From NCBI GenBank assembly GCA_963662545.2, contig CAXXLL010000002.1:800001-864000 (forward strand): a DNA stretch of 64,000 bases, in the 5' to 3' direction. Numbering within the stretch: the stretch's first letter is position 1; every line of letters begins with the position of its first letter. The notes beneath the pieces are model-generated. The model did not search any database and was not told where the DNA came from. It was given only the letters and a program-made list of their open reading frames with translations. This document shows, piece after piece, positions 61,986-64,000 of this stretch. The translations under genes and the position numbers were made by a program. Source of the stretch: Gammaproteobacteria bacterium. GTDB taxonomy: Bacteria; Pseudomonadota; Gammaproteobacteria; Ga0077536.

Positions 61986-63362
61986 TTATCCCGCCGACGC
62001 GGACCGATCCACGCCCGGACCCGCATCTCTCTCGGTATCTCCCATCGTCGGATCGATGACCTCGGGCAGGTGCGCGACGCGGTGGTCGATCAATTCAACG
62101 GATCCCGTGACGATCGAACGTGCCGGCTCTTCCGGCTCGCCGTAGCGCGCTGCGAATTCTGCCCGGGTGCGCGGTGCGAGTGGTTCTTCACGCAGGTGAT
62201 CGGGTTTACCGTCCGCCTCGCGGAACTCCGGTATGACCTCTTCCGCGAAGATCTGGGTGTTCTTCATGACCATCCAGTTCGGCATCGGGCCCAGGGACGA
62301 ACCGACGGCGAGAATCCCGCCCGCGCCGACATCGTCGCAGTACTCGCCCATGCGGTTTTTAACCGTCTCCGGCGAGCCGACGATGATATATCGATCCGCC
62401 AGTAACTCGTCGTAACTCAGCTTGGCTTGCGGTTTGATCTTGCCCTTTTTTAATGCGCCGGCGAAGTTGCGGAAGGATTTCGTGCTCATGTAGCCGGGCG
62501 GGAAAAAGATCGGGTCGGGAATCTTCAGTCCGGTATTGAAAACCCAACTCAAATGCGCCTTGGCTTCGCGGTGCGCCTGCTCGTCGGTTTCGGCGATATA
62601 AGTCGGCACACAGGCATTGAACATGCTCTTCGGTGCATCGTAGCCAAGCCGCTTGCATTCCTCACGCAGACCGTCGAAGGCCATTTTGGTGAACCACTGT
62701 GGCGCGAATACCATCATGTAGGTGTATTTGTGCTCTGCAATGAATTTGAGCGTTTCGAGCGAGCCCTGCCCCGGAATCCATATCGGCGGGTGTGGTTGCT
62801 GAAGGGGCTTCGGGATCGGATTCACATTCGGAACGTAGAAGTGATCGCCTTGCCAGGTAAACGGGCCGTCTTCGGTCCAGGCTTTGATGATCAGATCGTG
62901 CGCTTCGTGGAAGCGCTCCAGCGAATCGGCCGGTACCACGCCGTTGTTGAAGTATTCACAGCCGATGCCGCGCACGAAGCCGTTGATGATCCGACCGCCG
63001 GATATCACATCGAGCATCGCGATCTCTTCGGCGACGCGCAAGGGATTACCGTGCAGCGGGGTCGCGTTGCCAATGACTCCGATCGGGATATGCGTAGTGC
63101 GCTGTATGAGCATCGCGGCGATGATGTTCGGCGACGGCATGGTGCCGTAGAAATTCGCATGATGCTCGTTGACGCAGGTCCCGTCGAAGCCGAATTTCTC
63201 GGCAGAGACGAGCTGGTCGATATAGTCGTTATAGAGATTACGTCCGCGCTGCGGGTCGTAGTACTTATTCGACAGGGACACCCAGGTGGAATCGAACTCC
63301 GCGGTCGGCGGAATATAGGGGTAGGGCATTAAATGGAAAAAGTAGAAGCGCAGTTTGTTCAT
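61986..63362 (-). CDS. LLM-class flavin-dependent oxidoreductase
   Basis: NEHH, MPSPN, RVAEEIAMLDVISGGR and PLQQPHPPIW motifs. Confidence 0.92.
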   Translation of the reverse strand: MNKLRFYFFHLMPYPYIPPTAEFDSTWVSLSNKYYDPQRGRNLYNDYIDQLVSAEKFGFDGTCVNEHHANFYGTMPSPNIIAAMLIQRTTHIPIGVIGNATPLHGNPLRVAEEIAMLDVISGGRIINGFVRGIGCEYFNNGVVPADSLERFHEAHDLIIKAWTEDGPFTWQGDHFYVPNVNPIPKPLQQPHPPIWIPGQGSLETLKFIAEHKYTYMMVFAPQWFTKMAFDGLREECKRLGYDAPKSMFNACVPTYIAETDEQAHREAKAHLSWVFNTGLKIPDPIFFPPGYMSTKSFRNFAGALKKGKIKPQAKLSYDELLADRYIIVGSPETVKNRMGEYCDDVGAGGILAVGSSLGPMPNWMVMKNTQIFAEEVIPEFREADGKPDHLREEPLAPRTRAEFAARYGEPEEPARSIVTGSVELIDHRVAHLPEVIDPTMGDTERDAGPGVDRSASAG

Positions 63363-64000
63363 TTCGATGCCTCCTCAATAAAGGCGAGCAGCTCGTCGAC
63401 CAGTTCTCGCGGCCGCTCCAGGCAGGGCTCGTGACCTGTCCCGGGGATCCGGACCAGGCGGCTGTTCGGGAGTACTTCAGCGTACTTGTCCGACATTTCG
63501 TTCGGGATCAAGCGATCGTTCGACCCGCCGACCACCAATGTCGGGCACTGCAATCGCCGTAGACGCCGCTCTAGGGCCAGGTTGTACCGCGGCGCCCACA
63601 TCAGCCGCGCGGCGGCGGAAAATTCCGAATAAAGGTGAATGCCCTCGTCGAAGTCGTCCGGATCGACGGCGAATTGTTGCATGACCTCCTTGTCGTCGAA
63701 CAGCCGGTCCATCAACTGCTCGGGTGTCAACTGAAAGATATCGATGCCCGGCTTGTCTTTGAGTCGCAGGCCGACCGGTGTGATCAGACTCAGGCTTTTC
63801 AGGCGCCGCGGAAAGAACGATGCGAACTCGGAGGCGGCCCAGCCGCCCATGGAAAAGCCGATCAAATGCAGCTGTTCGATCCCAAGCTGCTCGAAAAATT
63901 GATCATAGATGATCGTGAGGTCGTCGAAGTTCCGAAACCATTCGGGCATCGGCGTTTCGCCGAAACCGGGCGATTCCGGCGCAATGAAATCGACCCGCTC
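63359..64000 (-). CDS. Alpha/beta hydrolase (N-terminus outside window)
   Basis: GFSMGG nucleophile elbow, acid Asp (SNDRLI) and GH catalytic His; ATGA overlap with the LLM gene. Confidence 0.88.
   Translation of the reverse strand, partial: ERVDFIAPESPGFGETPMPEWFRNFDDLTIIYDQFFEQLGIEQLHLIGFSMGGWAASEFASFFPRRLKSLSLITPVGLRLKDKPGIDIFQLTPEQLMDRLFDDKEVMQQFAVDPDDFDEGIHLYSEFSAAARLMWAPRYNLALERRLRRLQCPTLVVGGSNDRLIPNEMSDKYAEVLPNSRLVRIPGTGHEPCLERPRELVDELLAFIEEASK

Overview
A ~58-60% GC bacterial window, probably from an environmental Gammaproteobacterium (inferred from djlA, DUF1302/DUF1329 and the YqjG-type GST). It is a patchwork of catabolic genes and mobile DNA. The centrepiece is a complete group-5-like soluble di-iron monooxygenase operon (prmA-reductase-beta-coupling protein-GroEL-like chaperonin, 33.7-39.8 kb), followed by a two-domain multicopper oxidase and a ZIP transporter. 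Other oxygenases include two P450s, two Baeyer-Villiger monooxygenases, two luciferase-like enzymes and a CmcJ-like enzyme. Mobile DNA comprises: an ISL3 with a -1 frameshift site; a RAYT-type Y1 transposase inside 21-bp perfect inverted repeats; a stop-inactivated IS256 with a 9-bp TSD and a detached 60-bp copy of its left end; a damaged ISNCY-like element; an IS91 remnant; two copies of a 162-bp MITE; and short GGTGAC/AAGGGG-type palindromic motifs at gene junctions. A DUF1302-DUF1329 operon with His-rich partners lies at 49-53.5 kb. No rRNA, tRNA or CRISPR array was recognised. All family calls come from recognised motifs, not database searches.
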